Shown here: positions 27,767 through 38,182 of the stretch, in pieces
Layout: each line of letters starts with the position of its first letter
Numbering within the stretch: position 1 is the stretch's first letter
Assembly: GCA_964383765.1 (NCBI GenBank)
Contig: CAYLHT010000003.1
Coordinates: 6,328-70,327 of the forward strand
Length of the DNA stretch: 64,000 nucleotides
Source: an uncultured Gammaproteobacteria bacterium
GTDB lineage: Bacteria > Patescibacteriota > Patescibacteriia > SBBC01 > CAIJZX01
Direction of reading: 5' to 3'
Notes under the pieces: model-generated
The model's input: only the letters and a program-made list of their open reading frames with translations
Databases searched by the model: none
What the model was told of the DNA's origin: nothing
Position numbers and translations under genes: made by a program

Positions 27767-28879
27767 TTACCGTGGCGCCACCGATTGACGCACGATCACG
27801 CTCTGGATCAAGCCAACGGCTAATAAGCTGGCGACCATTGAACTTCCGCCATAACTGATGAATGGCAATGGGACTCCCGTGACTGGGAATAAGCCCAAGT
27901 TCATAGCCAGGTTAATCGTGACCTGGATTCCAAGTGTTAAGGCCAAACTCGTGACCAGAAGCAAACTGTAATTATCACGCGTCGACGTCATTAATCGCCA
28001 CAGCCGCCAAAAAAACCAGCCGAATAAACCCACCACTGCCGCTGCACCAACCAAACCCAGTTCTTCACCGATCGAGGCAAAGATGAAATCGGTATGGCGC
28101 TCGGGCAAGAAGTTTAATTGAGACTGTGGGCCAAGTCCAAGCCCCCGTCCCAGCCACTCACCGGAACCGATGGCCGTGATGGCTTGCTGGACATTGTATC
28201 CAGATTTCAATCGATCCCGCCCGGGCGACAAAAAATTAAGAATTCGATCATGCTGGTAGGGTTTGAGAAAGCCGAACCAGCCAATCACGCCCATCACGAC
28301 CAGTCCTAACAGGATCGTCAGTAACCACCGGCGAGGAATCGGCAACAGGATCACCAGTCCGAGCCACATGCCAGCCAGAATGGCGGCCGAACCAAAGTCT
28401 GGCTGCCACAAAATCAAACCCACCGGCACGGCCGTCAACAGTGCACTCGTCACCAGGATCCGCCAATCACCGAGGCGATCGCGATAATCTGAAAAATATC
28501 GGGCCAGGACAACGGCCATGATAATTTTCACAATCTCAACTGGCTGGAACTGGAAGCCGGCGACCACGAACCAACCAGTTGTGCCATGGACGGTTTGCCC
28601 AATCAATCGCACCGCAATCAGTAATCCGAGTGCGACGGCATACAGCATCCAGTGCACACCTCCAAACCAGCGGTAATCCAGTCGACTCACGACCGCTGCA
28701 ATCAGCAGGCCAATCAACGCAAACCCGATTTGTTTCGTGAAGACACTGGCGTTGGCGTCGGTGGCATTAATCGAAAAACTGTAGAGAGCCGCCAATCCAA
28801 ACAAAACTAAGATGACCGTTACAGTCACTAAGCCGAGGTCAACGCCAAATCCCAGCTGGCGCCAGCGGAGGGTGGCCAT
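27767..28879 (-). CDS. rodA: Rod shape-determining protein RodA (SEDS family)
   Basis: QPVE..K, QPDFG, PERHTDFIF and PFISYGGSS. Confidence 0.92.
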   Translation of the reverse strand: MATLRWRQLGFGVDLGLVTVTVILVLFGLAALYSFSINATDANASVFTKQIGFALIGLLIAAVVSRLDYRWFGGVHWMLYAVALGLLIAVRLIGQTVHGTTGWFVVAGFQFQPVEIVKIIMAVVLARYFSDYRDRLGDWRILVTSALLTAVPVGLILWQPDFGSAAILAGMWLGLVILLPIPRRWLLTILLGLVVMGVIGWFGFLKPYQHDRILNFLSPGRDRLKSGYNVQQAITAIGSGEWLGRGLGLGPQSQLNFLPERHTDFIFASIGEELGLVGAAAVVGLFGWFFWRLWRLMTSTRDNYSLLLVTSLALTLGIQVTINLAMNLGLFPVTGVPLPFISYGGSSMVASLLAVGLIQSVIVRQSVAPR

Positions 28880-29172
28880 CCCAGTACTACAACTTCAATT
28901 TCCGAAAAGGTACTCGCGAAGACGCTTAGCCAGAAACCGGCGCCCACCGGTTGTCTTCAGGTACCTTTCCCGCCTGCGCGCATCCTTTTCGGATAGGCAA
29001 GCTTCGTAATAAATAAGCTTCATGGGTAATCGAGGTTTCGTTGATACAGATTTACCTTGGGCATGATCTGCTAACCGTTCGCGCAAATTGCCCGAAAAAC
29101 CAATATACTTTTGACCGTCTACAGAACTTTGAAGTACGTATGTGTAATACATATTGAAGTTGTAGTACTGGG
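28880..29172. mobile_element. Miniature GIY-YIG element with 20-bp terminal inverted repeats and 3-bp flanking direct repeat
   Basis: CCCAGTACTACAACTTCAAT (28880-28899) and ATTGAAGTTGTAGTACTGGG (29153-29172) are exact reverse complements; CAT flanks both sides (28877-28879, 29173-29175). Confidence 0.75.
28895..29152 (-). CDS. GIY-YIG nuclease family protein
   Basis: YYTYVLQS...KYIG.S.NL.ERL..H..G...STK...P.KLIYYE......A.RRE..LK. Confidence 0.92.
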   Translation of the reverse strand: MYYTYVLQSSVDGQKYIGFSGNLRERLADHAQGKSVSTKPRLPMKLIYYEACLSEKDARRRERYLKTTGGRRFLAKRLREYLFGN

Positions 29173-29174
29173 CA

Positions 29175-29996
29175 TTAACGGTAGATGTTGGTTTGATCAA
29201 ATCGGCTGACCTGTGGAGTCAACTCAGCTGTGACTTGGCCACCAATCGCGTATGGCCAGGTGTCGGTGATGGTCCGGGTCGTCAGCGTGGCCCAGGCGTC
29301 TGCGGTGACTTGGTCAACCGCCACGATCGTCTCCCCTTGCTTGATGACGATGGGGATGATGACGTGACGATAATTGTAGACTGAGCGATTGGTCAGGTTG
29401 GCGCGCAGATTGATCGTCACAATCGATTGACCAGCTATCGTGACCGTGGTTGGTGTCAGATCGACCGATTCAACCACGAAATTCGCTGCCGGCAGAGCCG
29501 CGTTAGCACTTTTGACCCAGTTGACTCCATCCACTCTGATCGAGGGCTCGAGCTGGGCGCGGGGGGTGACTGCTACGTTCAACGCCATGACTGGGCGATC
29601 TTGCCGTGGATTGAGAAAAACGGTTTGGGTGGGGATCGCTTGGCTGCCAAGGGCAAAGTGGACCTGGGCAGACTCAGCTCCCCAATCCGCATTGGGGTTT
29701 GTAACGGTCGCTACGATGTCCACATGGGAATCATCCCGATCAACCACCGTCACCTTCGAAACACTCGGGTCGATCGGTCGCATCGTCACGCCGGCTGCAC
29801 TCTGGCTCGCCTCAAAGCTCAGCCGGGTATCGATGGATCGTGACTGGCTAAAAAAAATGACGGTAAAGGCCAAGCCCCAGACCACACTAATTAAAATGAA
29901 CGTCAGTAGGCTGACCGCCCACCAGGTGCGTAACGTCGCCCGGTGGCTCACGAGCCAGTAGCCGATACTCAATTGAAGATCTCCAGCCGGAGGCAT
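29175..29996 (-). CDS. Membrane-anchored hypothetical protein
   Basis: TM followed by a beta-rich domain (VTNPN..WG). Confidence 0.75.
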   Translation of the reverse strand: MPPAGDLQLSIGYWLVSHRATLRTWWAVSLLTFILISVVWGLAFTVIFFSQSRSIDTRLSFEASQSAAGVTMRPIDPSVSKVTVVDRDDSHVDIVATVTNPNADWGAESAQVHFALGSQAIPTQTVFLNPRQDRPVMALNVAVTPRAQLEPSIRVDGVNWVKSANAALPAANFVVESVDLTPTTVTIAGQSIVTINLRANLTNRSVYNYRHVIIPIVIKQGETIVAVDQVTADAWATLTTRTITDTWPYAIGGQVTAELTPQVSRFDQTNIYR

Positions 29997-30070
29997 GGCG
30001 CGACTGTAGCATAATTCCTCCGGATTGTCACCTGGTCGCCGGGCTAAAAAATTTCTGCTATACTACTCCC

Positions 30071-30382
30071 ATGCTTTCCCGTGATGTCCTCTATTACACC
30101 TTAGCACTAGCGGCTGCGGTCGCCACGGCCTTTTGGGTGTGGTTGTTGTGGTACATCATTCAAATTTTCCGAACGACCAAGGGTTTGATCGAAGATTTCC
30201 GCGACCGACTGCATCGCATCGACCAAATTCTCCAAACCATTCAAGATAAGCTGAGTTCCACCCACGTCCAACTCTCGATGTTGGCCGAGGGCGTCAAAAC
30301 GTTAATCGGTTTCTTTGCCAACCGCTCCGCCAAACGGAGCCGCTCAAGCTCGCGAGCATCAGCCGCGTCAGACGATTTCTAA
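30071..30382 (+). CDS. Small membrane/coiled-coil protein
   Basis: TM plus amphipathic helix; TGcTATACT 6 nt upstream. Confidence 0.7.
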   Translation: MLSRDVLYYTLALAAAVATAFWVWLLWYIIQIFRTTKGLIEDFRDRLHRIDQILQTIQDKLSSTHVQLSMLAEGVKTLIGFFANRSAKRSRSSSRASAASDDF

Positions 30383-30437
30383 ATCCTGACGAGGTGGTGA
30401 CGCTTCGGGTTCCCTTCAGCGGAACCTGGTCTCTCGT

Positions 30438-33400
30438 ATGAACACGAAATTCGTCCATCTCCACGTCCATAGCCACTACTCTCTCCTCGACGGTCTGCCA
30501 AAGATCGAGGCTTTAGTGTCGGCGGCCAAAGACCAAGGCGCCGAGGCTTTGGCGCTGACCGATCATGGGAGTTTATATGGCGCGATTGAGTTTTTCCAAG
30601 CTTGCCAGAAGGCCGGAATCAAACCCATCATCGGGGTGGAAGCCTACGTCGCCCCACTTGGTCACAAGAATAAACGGGCCAAAGTCGATGAACAAAATCA
30701 CCATGTGATCTTGCTGGCTCGGGACCTGACCGGTTACCGAAATTTGATCCGTTTAGTCACCATCGCTCACCTCGAAGGTTTTTATTACCGTCCCCGAATT
30801 GATCATGAACTCTTGCGCCAATTCGGTCAGGGCTTGATTGGCTTGAGTGGCTGTTTAGGTGGCGAGATTCCGACCGCCATTGTCAGCGGCCGACTGGATG
30901 ATGCCGAGCGTTTGATCCGCGAGTATCAAGACCTGCTTGGGCAGGACAATCTCTATCTTGAACTCCAACATCACCCGGCCTATCCCGAACAAGCTCAGGT
31001 CAACCAAGCGCTCAAGTCGCTGAGCAAAATCACTGGTGCCCCGTTGGTGGCCACGGCCGATAGTCACTACATCCATCCCGAAGATACCGAAGCCCAAGAT
31101 ATTCTGTTGTGCATTCAATTGAAGAAACAGTTGGCTGACACCGACCGCATGAGTATGGCCAAAGATGATTTGTCCATGAAATCACCGGATGAAATGGCAG
31201 CCCTGTTTGCAGACGTACCGGAAGCGATTAGCAATACTGTCAAGATTGCTGAGCGCTGCAACGTCGAGATCCCGCTCGGCCACGTTCAGCTCCCTCACTA
31301 TGACGTACCAGCAGGAAAAACGGCAGAAACGTACCTGCGTGAACTCGCTGAGGCTGGCATTGGGCGGCGGTATGGGAAATCGACGCCAACCATCGTAGAA
31401 CGCTTGGACTACGAACTCTCGGTGATCGCAAAAACCGGCTTCGCCTCGTACTTTCTGATCGTCCAAGACCTCGTCAACTGGGCTAAAGATCACGGCATCG
31501 TGGTCGGGCCCGGTCGCGGATCAGCCGCTGGTTCAATCGTGTCCTACCTCCTCAACATTACCAACGTCGATCCGCTGAAATACGAACTCATCTTCGAGCG
31601 CTTCTTGAATCCGGAACGGATCGCCATGCCTGATATTGATATTGACTTTGCTGACATTCGGCGGGACGAAGTGCTCCGGTACGTTGAAGGGAAATATGGT
31701 CACGACCACGTCGCCCAGATCATCACTTTCGGGACCATGGCTGCTCGCGCGGCCATTCGCGATGTCGGTCGGGTGCTCGGTCTCCCCTACAGTTACTGCG
31801 ACCGGGTGGCCAAGTTGATTCCGATGTTCCGGTCACTCGACCAAGCCATCGCGAGCGTTCCGGAATTGAAAGATATTTACGATAACGATCCTGAAGCCAA
31901 ACGACTACTCGACAGCGCCCGCAAGCTCGAAGGCGTGGCCCGGCACGCCTCACGTCATGCCTGCGGCGTGGTGATTACCAAGCAGCCGCTGACCGACCAC
32001 GTGCCGCTGCAGTATGCTGGGCCGGACGATCAAGCCATTATCAGTCAGTACTCGCTCCACCCGATTGAAGACTTGGGTCTGCTGAAAATGGATTTTCTGG
32101 GGTTGTCCAACCTGACGATTCTTGAAACCTGCATTCGGATCGTGAAACAAACCCGCGCGATCGATCTCAACGTGGACACGATTCCGTTCGACAACAAACC
32201 CACCTTCAAACTGCTCCAGCGGGGAGATACCACCGGTGTCTTCCAATTGGAATCCGGCGGTATGCGGCGCTATTTGCGGGATCTGAAACCGACCAGTTTG
32301 GAAGATATTATCGCCATGGTCGCTTTGTACCGACCCGGACCGATGGAACTGATTCCGCAGTTCATCGGCGGGAAACACGGAAAGATTAAACCCAAATACC
32401 TTGACTCTCGACTCGAACCGATCCTCGCCAAAACCTACGGTGTGGCAGTCTACCAAGAGCAAGTTCTGCAAATTGCCCGAGACATTGCGGGCTTTACCCT
32501 GGGCGAGGCCGACATTCTCCGTAAAGCCGTGGGGAAGAAAATCGCCAAGCTCCTCAAAGAGCAGCGCGAGAAGTTCATTACCAAAGCCAAAGAGAACGGA
32601 ACTCAAGCGTCAGTCGCTGAGAAAATTTTCGATTTTATTGAACCGTTTGCTGGTTATGGGTTCAACCGGTCACACGCTGCCTGCTACGCCGTGATCGCGT
32701 ACCACACCGCGTACTGTAAAGCCAACTATCCGGCCGAATTCATGGCGGCCCTGCTGACGTCCGATCAGCACAATACTGATCGCATTGCCCTGGAAATTGA
32801 CGACGCTCGGAAAATGGGGCTCCAAGTCTTACCGCCGGATGTCAACGAAAGTTTTGATTCGTTCACGGTCGTGAATGATGAGGCCGGCAAACCGAACCGG
32901 ATTCGGTTCGGTTTAGGAGCAATTAAAAACGTCGGCGATAATTTAGTTCGGGCGATTATTGTCGAGCGGAAGGCCAATGGTCATTTCGCAAATTTAGATG
33001 ATTTCCTGCGTCGCATTCAGCAGAAAGATTTGAACAAGAAATCACTGGAAAGTTTGGCCCGGGCCGGAGCACTGGATGCCATGGGTGAACGTCAATCAAT
33101 TGTCGACAACGCGAATGAACTGTTACGCTACTCACGCACCGCCGAAGTTGAAGCGGACACCGGTCAGGCGAATTTGTTCGGCGTGTTGCCGACCAAGCAC
33201 GCCCCAGTCTTGCGGATGAAAGAGGTCCCTCCAGCCACGCCGTCTCAGCGCGGGCAATGGGAACGCGAACTGCTTGGCCTGTACATCACGGAACACCCCT
33301 TAACACCACATCGCGAATTCCTAGGAAAGGTCGCACAGCCAATCGCTACCATCCGTGAGCAGCGCCTGCGCCGATCGACAGTGGGCGGACTGATCACCAA

Positions 33401-33854
33401 GGTCAAACGGATCACCACCCGCACCAATGAAGCCATGGCCTTCGTGCAGCTTGAAGATTTAACCGGTTCAATCGAAGTGGTCATTTTCCCTTCGATTTTC
33501 CGGCAGACCATCACGCTCTGGCAGGAAGATCAACTGGTGATGATCGAGGCCCAGAGTTCGACCAAAGATGGTGAATTTAAGTTGTTAGCTGACAAAGCCC
33601 GCGAACTCAGGCCACCTGAAGCCGCCGCTGGTCCAGCCAAAGTCCAAATCCAGCTCAGTCTGGAAACGGCCACACCCGCGGTCTTCGACGAACTCAAAAC
33701 CTTGCTCCGCGCCTCGCCCGGCGAGCGCTTGGTGGAACTCTTGGTACACAAAGGTCAGCAGCAACGAGTAGTCCCAACTGAGCTCTCAATCTCGCTGACA
33801 CCCGAGTTACGCGAGGCCCTACAGCGACTTCTCGGCAACTGTTTGGTAGAATAG
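30438..33854 (+). CDS. dnaE: DNA polymerase III alpha subunit
   Basis: PHP HLHVHSHYSLLDG, GRGSAAGS, PDIDID and YGFNRSHA. Confidence 0.97.
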   Translation: MNTKFVHLHVHSHYSLLDGLPKIEALVSAAKDQGAEALALTDHGSLYGAIEFFQACQKAGIKPIIGVEAYVAPLGHKNKRAKVDEQNHHVILLARDLTGYRNLIRLVTIAHLEGFYYRPRIDHELLRQFGQGLIGLSGCLGGEIPTAIVSGRLDDAERLIREYQDLLGQDNLYLELQHHPAYPEQAQVNQALKSLSKITGAPLVATADSHYIHPEDTEAQDILLCIQLKKQLADTDRMSMAKDDLSMKSPDEMAALFADVPEAISNTVKIAERCNVEIPLGHVQLPHYDVPAGKTAETYLRELAEAGIGRRYGKSTPTIVERLDYELSVIAKTGFASYFLIVQDLVNWAKDHGIVVGPGRGSAAGSIVSYLLNITNVDPLKYELIFERFLNPERIAMPDIDIDFADIRRDEVLRYVEGKYGHDHVAQIITFGTMAARAAIRDVGRVLGLPYSYCDRVAKLIPMFRSLDQAIASVPELKDIYDNDPEAKRLLDSARKLEGVARHASRHACGVVITKQPLTDHVPLQYAGPDDQAIISQYSLHPIEDLGLLKMDFLGLSNLTILETCIRIVKQTRAIDLNVDTIPFDNKPTFKLLQRGDTTGVFQLESGGMRRYLRDLKPTSLEDIIAMVALYRPGPMELIPQFIGGKHGKIKPKYLDSRLEPILAKTYGVAVYQEQVLQIARDIAGFTLGEADILRKAVGKKIAKLLKEQREKFITKAKENGTQASVAEKIFDFIEPFAGYGFNRSHAACYAVIAYHTAYCKANYPAEFMAALLTSDQHNTDRIALEIDDARKMGLQVLPPDVNESFDSFTVVNDEAGKPNRIRFGLGAIKNVGDNLVRAIIVERKANGHFANLDDFLRRIQQKDLNKKSLESLARAGALDAMGERQSIVDNANELLRYSRTAEVEADTGQANLFGVLPTKHAPVLRMKEVPPATPSQRGQWERELLGLYITEHPLTPHREFLGKVAQPIATIREQRLRRSTVGGLITKVKRITTRTNEAMAFVQLEDLTGSIEVVIFPSIFRQTITLWQEDQLVMIEAQSSTKDGEFKLLADKARELRPPEAAAGPAKVQIQLSLETATPAVFDELKTLLRASPGERLVELLVHKGQQQRVVPTELSISLTPELREALQRLLGNCLVE

Positions 33855-33858
33855 CCAT

Positions 33859-34962
33859 ATGTCTTCGCTGACCGCCGCCCATGTTAAACACAGCTACCGC
33901 CTGATCGTGAGTTTATTTCTTGGCGGGGTGCTGCTCGTAGCCGGTGTCACCTTTGCCTTCGGGTCATCCAGTGCCACCCTGACCATCACACCTAAACTCC
34001 AGCCCGTCAACACAAGTTTCAGTCTGGTGGTCGGAACGAACGTCGACGCGACGGCGGGCATCATCGGCCAAGTCAAAACGTCGAGTCTGTCGGCCAGCGT
34101 TACCGCCCAGGCTTCGACCACGGGCACGCCCGTGCCGGCTCACGCCCACGGCTCAATCGTGATCCATAATGAAAGCGGCGGTAACCAGACCCTGTCCGCC
34201 ACCACGCGCTTACAAAGTGCCAGCGGCGTTATTGTTCGGACTGCCAATCGGGTCGATGTCCCGGCTGGCGGAACCGTTACCGTCAATGTCACGGCTGACC
34301 CAACTGGTGAGACCGGCAACCTCGAAGCCGGACGATTAACCATCGTGGCTCTCCGACCGGCCAACCAGGCCTTGATTTACGGCATGGTCGTGACTCCACT
34401 GACCGGCGGGACAGTCGACCAGTCTGGAACCTTGGCCCTCGATGATCTAACCAAGGCCAGCGACCAAGCCCAACAAAAAATTCGACAACAGGTAGGCACC
34501 GACCAGCCCGGGCACCTGCGCTTGCTCGTGCCCGAATCGGTGGCGACTGATCCTGAGCCAACGACGCCGAGCGCCGAGTACACCGTGACGGTGACTATGC
34601 AGGTGATCGATGTGACCTTCAAGGCCGAGGATATGACCACTCGCATTCAATCCGCCTTAGCCGCCACCCTGGCATCGGACCAAACGCTCGTCAAGACCGA
34701 TCCCCCCGCCATCGGCGCCGGAGATCAACCAACCGCCGACAGCATCACCCTCTCGGTCACCGCTCAGGCGCTCGCCAGGATTACAACCAAAAGTGACATC
34801 GTTCAGCCGACACACTTTGTCGGACAGTCTCGCGCGACGATTCTCCATACGTTGACCGGCAGCTCAGCCATCAAATCAGCGACTGTCTCGTTCTCACCGT
34901 TCTGGCGACAGTCCGCGCCCAGTCAAGCCAAGAATATTCATATCGTTATTCTGGGCCAGTAA
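33859..34962 (+). CDS. Membrane-anchored hypothetical protein (baseplate J-like domain typical of CPR)
   Basis: TM, A.G.I.I.N, VTAD..G..GN and SPFW. Confidence 0.65.
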   Translation: MSSLTAAHVKHSYRLIVSLFLGGVLLVAGVTFAFGSSSATLTITPKLQPVNTSFSLVVGTNVDATAGIIGQVKTSSLSASVTAQASTTGTPVPAHAHGSIVIHNESGGNQTLSATTRLQSASGVIVRTANRVDVPAGGTVTVNVTADPTGETGNLEAGRLTIVALRPANQALIYGMVVTPLTGGTVDQSGTLALDDLTKASDQAQQKIRQQVGTDQPGHLRLLVPESVATDPEPTTPSAEYTVTVTMQVIDVTFKAEDMTTRIQSALAATLASDQTLVKTDPPAIGAGDQPTADSITLSVTAQALARITTKSDIVQPTHFVGQSRATILHTLTGSSAIKSATVSFSPFWRQSAPSQAKNIHIVILGQ

Positions 34963-34988
34963 AAAAGCCGGTCGTGTGATCGACCGGT
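34961..34988 (-). terminator. Intrinsic terminator
   Basis: ccggtcg-atcaca-cgaccgg-ctttttt on the minus strand. Confidence 0.7.
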
Positions 34989-35149
34989 TACGGCAACCGC
35001 CGATAGAGCGCAGCGATCGGCGTGGTGATCAGCTGATAGAGCCCGTTGGCATAGGGCCACGTCGGAAAGGCCTGTCGGCACTCGCCGATCATGATCAGCA
35101 CGCCTGCCCCCCAGATCATCGCCGGAACGAACCACCAGTTCAGGTGCAT
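34988..35149 (-). CDS. Small membrane peptide (53 aa; not in the ORF track)
   Basis: SD GGAGGGAGG, MHLNWWFVPAMIWGAGVLIMIGEC...YRRLP, directly followed by the terminator. Confidence 0.55.
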   Translation of the reverse strand: MHLNWWFVPAMIWGAGVLIMIGECRQAFPTWPYANGLYQLITTPIAALYRRLP

Positions 35150-35164
35150 GCCTCCCTCCGAAGT

Positions 35165-35512
35165 TCAGGTTCTGGTCGATACATACCGTAGGCGAGGACG
35201 GAGTGTGATTGAAACCTGGCCGTAATACACTCCGTCGGTCGGAACTTTCGGAACATCCATCTGTAAGCTTGGTTCAAGCTCAAGGTCGTCAGGAACGTAG
35301 TTCAGCTGCTCTTTCAGCTCGGCAGCTAACTGAGCTTGGACCACTTCTCGGTCCGTCCCTGAGTGGCGAATGGTGTACGGCCGGCCCTCAGACGCAGCTT
35401 GCCGCATCTGCGCTTGAATCAAAGATGACATGCGAGTTAGTCGGGTGGCAAACCATACTGAAATCGCGGAGAACAGAACGAAGACAATGATAATGCCAAT
35501 CAAGGTGGCCAT
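35165..35512 (-). CDS. Membrane-anchored ORFan
   Basis: SD AGGAGG, N-terminal TM MATLIGIIIVFVLF. Confidence 0.6.
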   Translation of the reverse strand: MATLIGIIIVFVLFSAISVWFATRLTRMSSLIQAQMRQAASEGRPYTIRHSGTDREVVQAQLAAELKEQLNYVPDDLELEPSLQMDVPKVPTDGVYYGQVSITLRPRLRYVSTRT

Positions 35513-35587
35513 CGATATCCTCCTGTGAAGGGGCTTCCGAAAACTGTCTGGCTGCGCTATCCTTAGCATAGCTTTGAATTTCCGTCA

Positions 35588-37318
35588 ATGTCCTCCCCAA
35601 CCCTCGATCATATCCGCCACACCCTGGCTCACCTCCTGGCCCACGCGGTTCAAGATACGTTCCCGCAGGCTAAATTTGCGATTGGTCCGACGATTGAACA
35701 CGGGTTTTATTATGATCTTGATCTCGACAAGTCATTGACACCAGAAGACTTGAAGCCGCTCGAGAAACGGATCAAGCACCTGATCAAACAGCGTCTGCCG
35801 ATGACGAAAGTTTCAGATTCAGAACCTGGCGTTGTAGCGTTTGTGAAAACCCAGCCATTCAAACAAGAATTATTAGCGGAAATTAAAGCCAAGCACGAAC
35901 CGGCCACTTTTTACCAAGTCGGGAAATTCATTGATCTGTGTCGCGGTGGTCACGTCGAGAACACTGGGCAAATTAATCCCGATGCCTTTGCCCTTACCCA
36001 CGTGGCCGGCGCCTATTGGCGTGGGGACAGCACCAAGCCGATGCTCCAACGGATTTACGGTGTGGCCTTCAACACCAAGGCTGAATTGGATGAGTACCGC
36101 GCACAATTAGCCGAGGCCGCGAAGCGAGATCATCGTAAACTAGGACAGGAATTGGAGTTATTCACCTTTGAACCGGTTGCTCCGGGTGCGCCATTCTGGC
36201 TGCCAAACGGCATGATCGTCGTCCGACAACTCGAAGCCTACTGGCGGCAGGTTCATGACGCGGCCGGATATCAAGAAACGTCCACCCCGATTTTGAACAG
36301 TTCCGAGTTGTATAAAACTTCGGGACATTGGGAACATTTCCGGCAGGATATGTTCACGTTGAAAGTTGATGAACAGGATTTCGCTCTCAAGCCGATGAAT
36401 TGTCCGTCGTCGACGAGGATTTTCGCTTTTCGCACGCGCAGTTATCGTGAGCTACCGCTCCGTTTGTCTGAAATCGGTCGACTTCACCGACATGAATTGC
36501 GCGGAGTGTTGAATGGCCTGCTCCGGGTTCGTCAAATTACAATGGACGACGCGCACATCTATTGTCGGCCCGACCAAATTGAAGCCGAAATTAAGGGCGT
36601 GATGAAACTCGTCAAGAATTTCTACAAACTCTTTGGCTTGCAACCGACCTTCAAACTCTCGACCATGCCGGATCATCACTTAGGTGATGAAGCCACCTGG
36701 CGCAAAGCCGAAGCCAGTTTGGAAAAAGTCTTGAAGCAGGAAAAAGTGAAGTATGAATTGAAGCCAAAAGACGGCGCTTTTTACGGACCGAAAATAGATA
36801 TTCATATTGACGACGCCTTGAAGCGCACCTGGCAAGTCGCAACAATTCAGCTCGATTTCCAAATGCCGGAACGTTTCAAGCTTGAATATACCGACGCCGA
36901 TGGTTCAGCCAAAAGACCGGTCATGGTTCACCGCGCTATCTTCGGATCGTTTGAACGCTTCCTTGGCATTCTGCTCGAACACACCGCCGGTAATTTGCCG
37001 CTGTGGCTTTCCCCAGTTCAAGTCCAGATCGTCCCGGTCACATCCAAGCACATCACCATCGGAAAAAAGTTATTGAAGCAATTATCCGACGCCGGCATCC
37101 GCACCCACCTGGACGAATCCAACGAAACCGTCGGTTACAAAATCCGCAAAGCTGAACATCAAAAAGTACCGTATATGGTGGTCGTCGGCGATAAAGAAAA
37201 ATCGCTGACCAAACTTGCGGTCCGGGTGCGTGGAAAAAAACAGGTGAAAACGGTGACGCTCAAAACCTGGGTTCCGCAACTTCAAAAAGCCATAGCGAAT
37301 CGGACGCTGGTACTCTAA
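35588..37318 (+). CDS. thrS: Threonine--tRNA ligase
   Basis: RHTLAH, DLCRGGH, KPMNCP, GAFYGPK and HRAIFGS.ERF. Confidence 0.97.
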   Translation: MSSPTLDHIRHTLAHLLAHAVQDTFPQAKFAIGPTIEHGFYYDLDLDKSLTPEDLKPLEKRIKHLIKQRLPMTKVSDSEPGVVAFVKTQPFKQELLAEIKAKHEPATFYQVGKFIDLCRGGHVENTGQINPDAFALTHVAGAYWRGDSTKPMLQRIYGVAFNTKAELDEYRAQLAEAAKRDHRKLGQELELFTFEPVAPGAPFWLPNGMIVVRQLEAYWRQVHDAAGYQETSTPILNSSELYKTSGHWEHFRQDMFTLKVDEQDFALKPMNCPSSTRIFAFRTRSYRELPLRLSEIGRLHRHELRGVLNGLLRVRQITMDDAHIYCRPDQIEAEIKGVMKLVKNFYKLFGLQPTFKLSTMPDHHLGDEATWRKAEASLEKVLKQEKVKYELKPKDGAFYGPKIDIHIDDALKRTWQVATIQLDFQMPERFKLEYTDADGSAKRPVMVHRAIFGSFERFLGILLEHTAGNLPLWLSPVQVQIVPVTSKHITIGKKLLKQLSDAGIRTHLDESNETVGYKIRKAEHQKVPYMVVVGDKEKSLTKLAVRVRGKKQVKTVTLKTWVPQLQKAIANRTLVL

Positions 37319-37368
37319 CCTCTCTGCATCGCCCCCAGGCATAGGGAATAAAAAAGCCGCTAGTTGGA

Positions 37369-38085
37369 CTAGCGGCCCTCGGCTGCGATGGTCCGAAGTA
37401 AGTCCGGCAACTCACGTAGGTCGTGAATGACACGGACTCGCGTGTCTAAACCGTTATCGGATTGCGTCCAGAGCGAGGTATTGTGAATCCAGACAGGTAC
37501 GATACCGAGCGCCAATGCCGGTTCCATGTCGGTGACGTAGTTATCACCGACCATCACGGTGATCACTGATGGATCGGCTAGCTCTTTCATCACGAGCCCT
37601 TTATCAAGCTCAGTGATGTGAACCGAGTCAAACAGCGGTTCAAGAGCATTCGGTTTGACTTTGCGTTCCATTTGGAAGTCGTGGTCGCCAAGCGTCAGGA
37701 GGTGAATCGATTCAGCCAAAGTCCGGACTTCATGTAGAACGGAGTAAACGTCGGGAATGGCCGGGTAAGTCGCCCGCTTGACGTAGGCTGCTTCGTAGAA
37801 GATGTTGGCGGCCACCGCCGAGCTGTACGGAATGCCAGATTGCATCGCCAACTGGCGGTAGGTTTCAATCCACGCATCTTCAAATTGCGTGAAGCGGTAC
37901 CCGCGCTCTTTCATCGCACCTCGCTCGATCTTTTTCTGAAGCTGAAGATACTCGTGGGGTGGTGGCGCATTCACGCCCAGCACCCGGGCAATCAAATGAC
38001 CGCACGCCCAGTCAGCCAGGTAATAGTTATGACGACAGTACCAACAGGTGTCGTCACCATCTTTGACTACGCGAATCTTTTTCAC
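37369..38085 (-). CDS. HAD-family hydrolase
   Basis: DGDDT motif I and VMVGDN...D motif IV; terminator hairpin overlaps the stop. Confidence 0.8.
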   Translation of the reverse strand: MKKIRVVKDGDDTCWYCRHNYYLADWACGHLIARVLGVNAPPPHEYLQLQKKIERGAMKERGYRFTQFEDAWIETYRQLAMQSGIPYSSAVAANIFYEAAYVKRATYPAIPDVYSVLHEVRTLAESIHLLTLGDHDFQMERKVKPNALEPLFDSVHITELDKGLVMKELADPSVITVMVGDNYVTDMEPALALGIVPVWIHNTSLWTQSDNGLDTRVRVIHDLRELPDLLRTIAAEGR

Positions 38086-38182
38086 GACACCTCCGAGAAA
38101 TAGAAGTCAAGGTGCATCCGGTGAACTGAGCCAGCTAACCGTATTATCCTCTGCTTGTCAAGGCGGATGATATACTATCCTA

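Noticed and set aside
29153-29200. Longer 101-aa start for the GIY-YIG ORF
   Set aside because: It runs through the TIR into the upstream gene; family-typical MYYTYVL starts at 29152.
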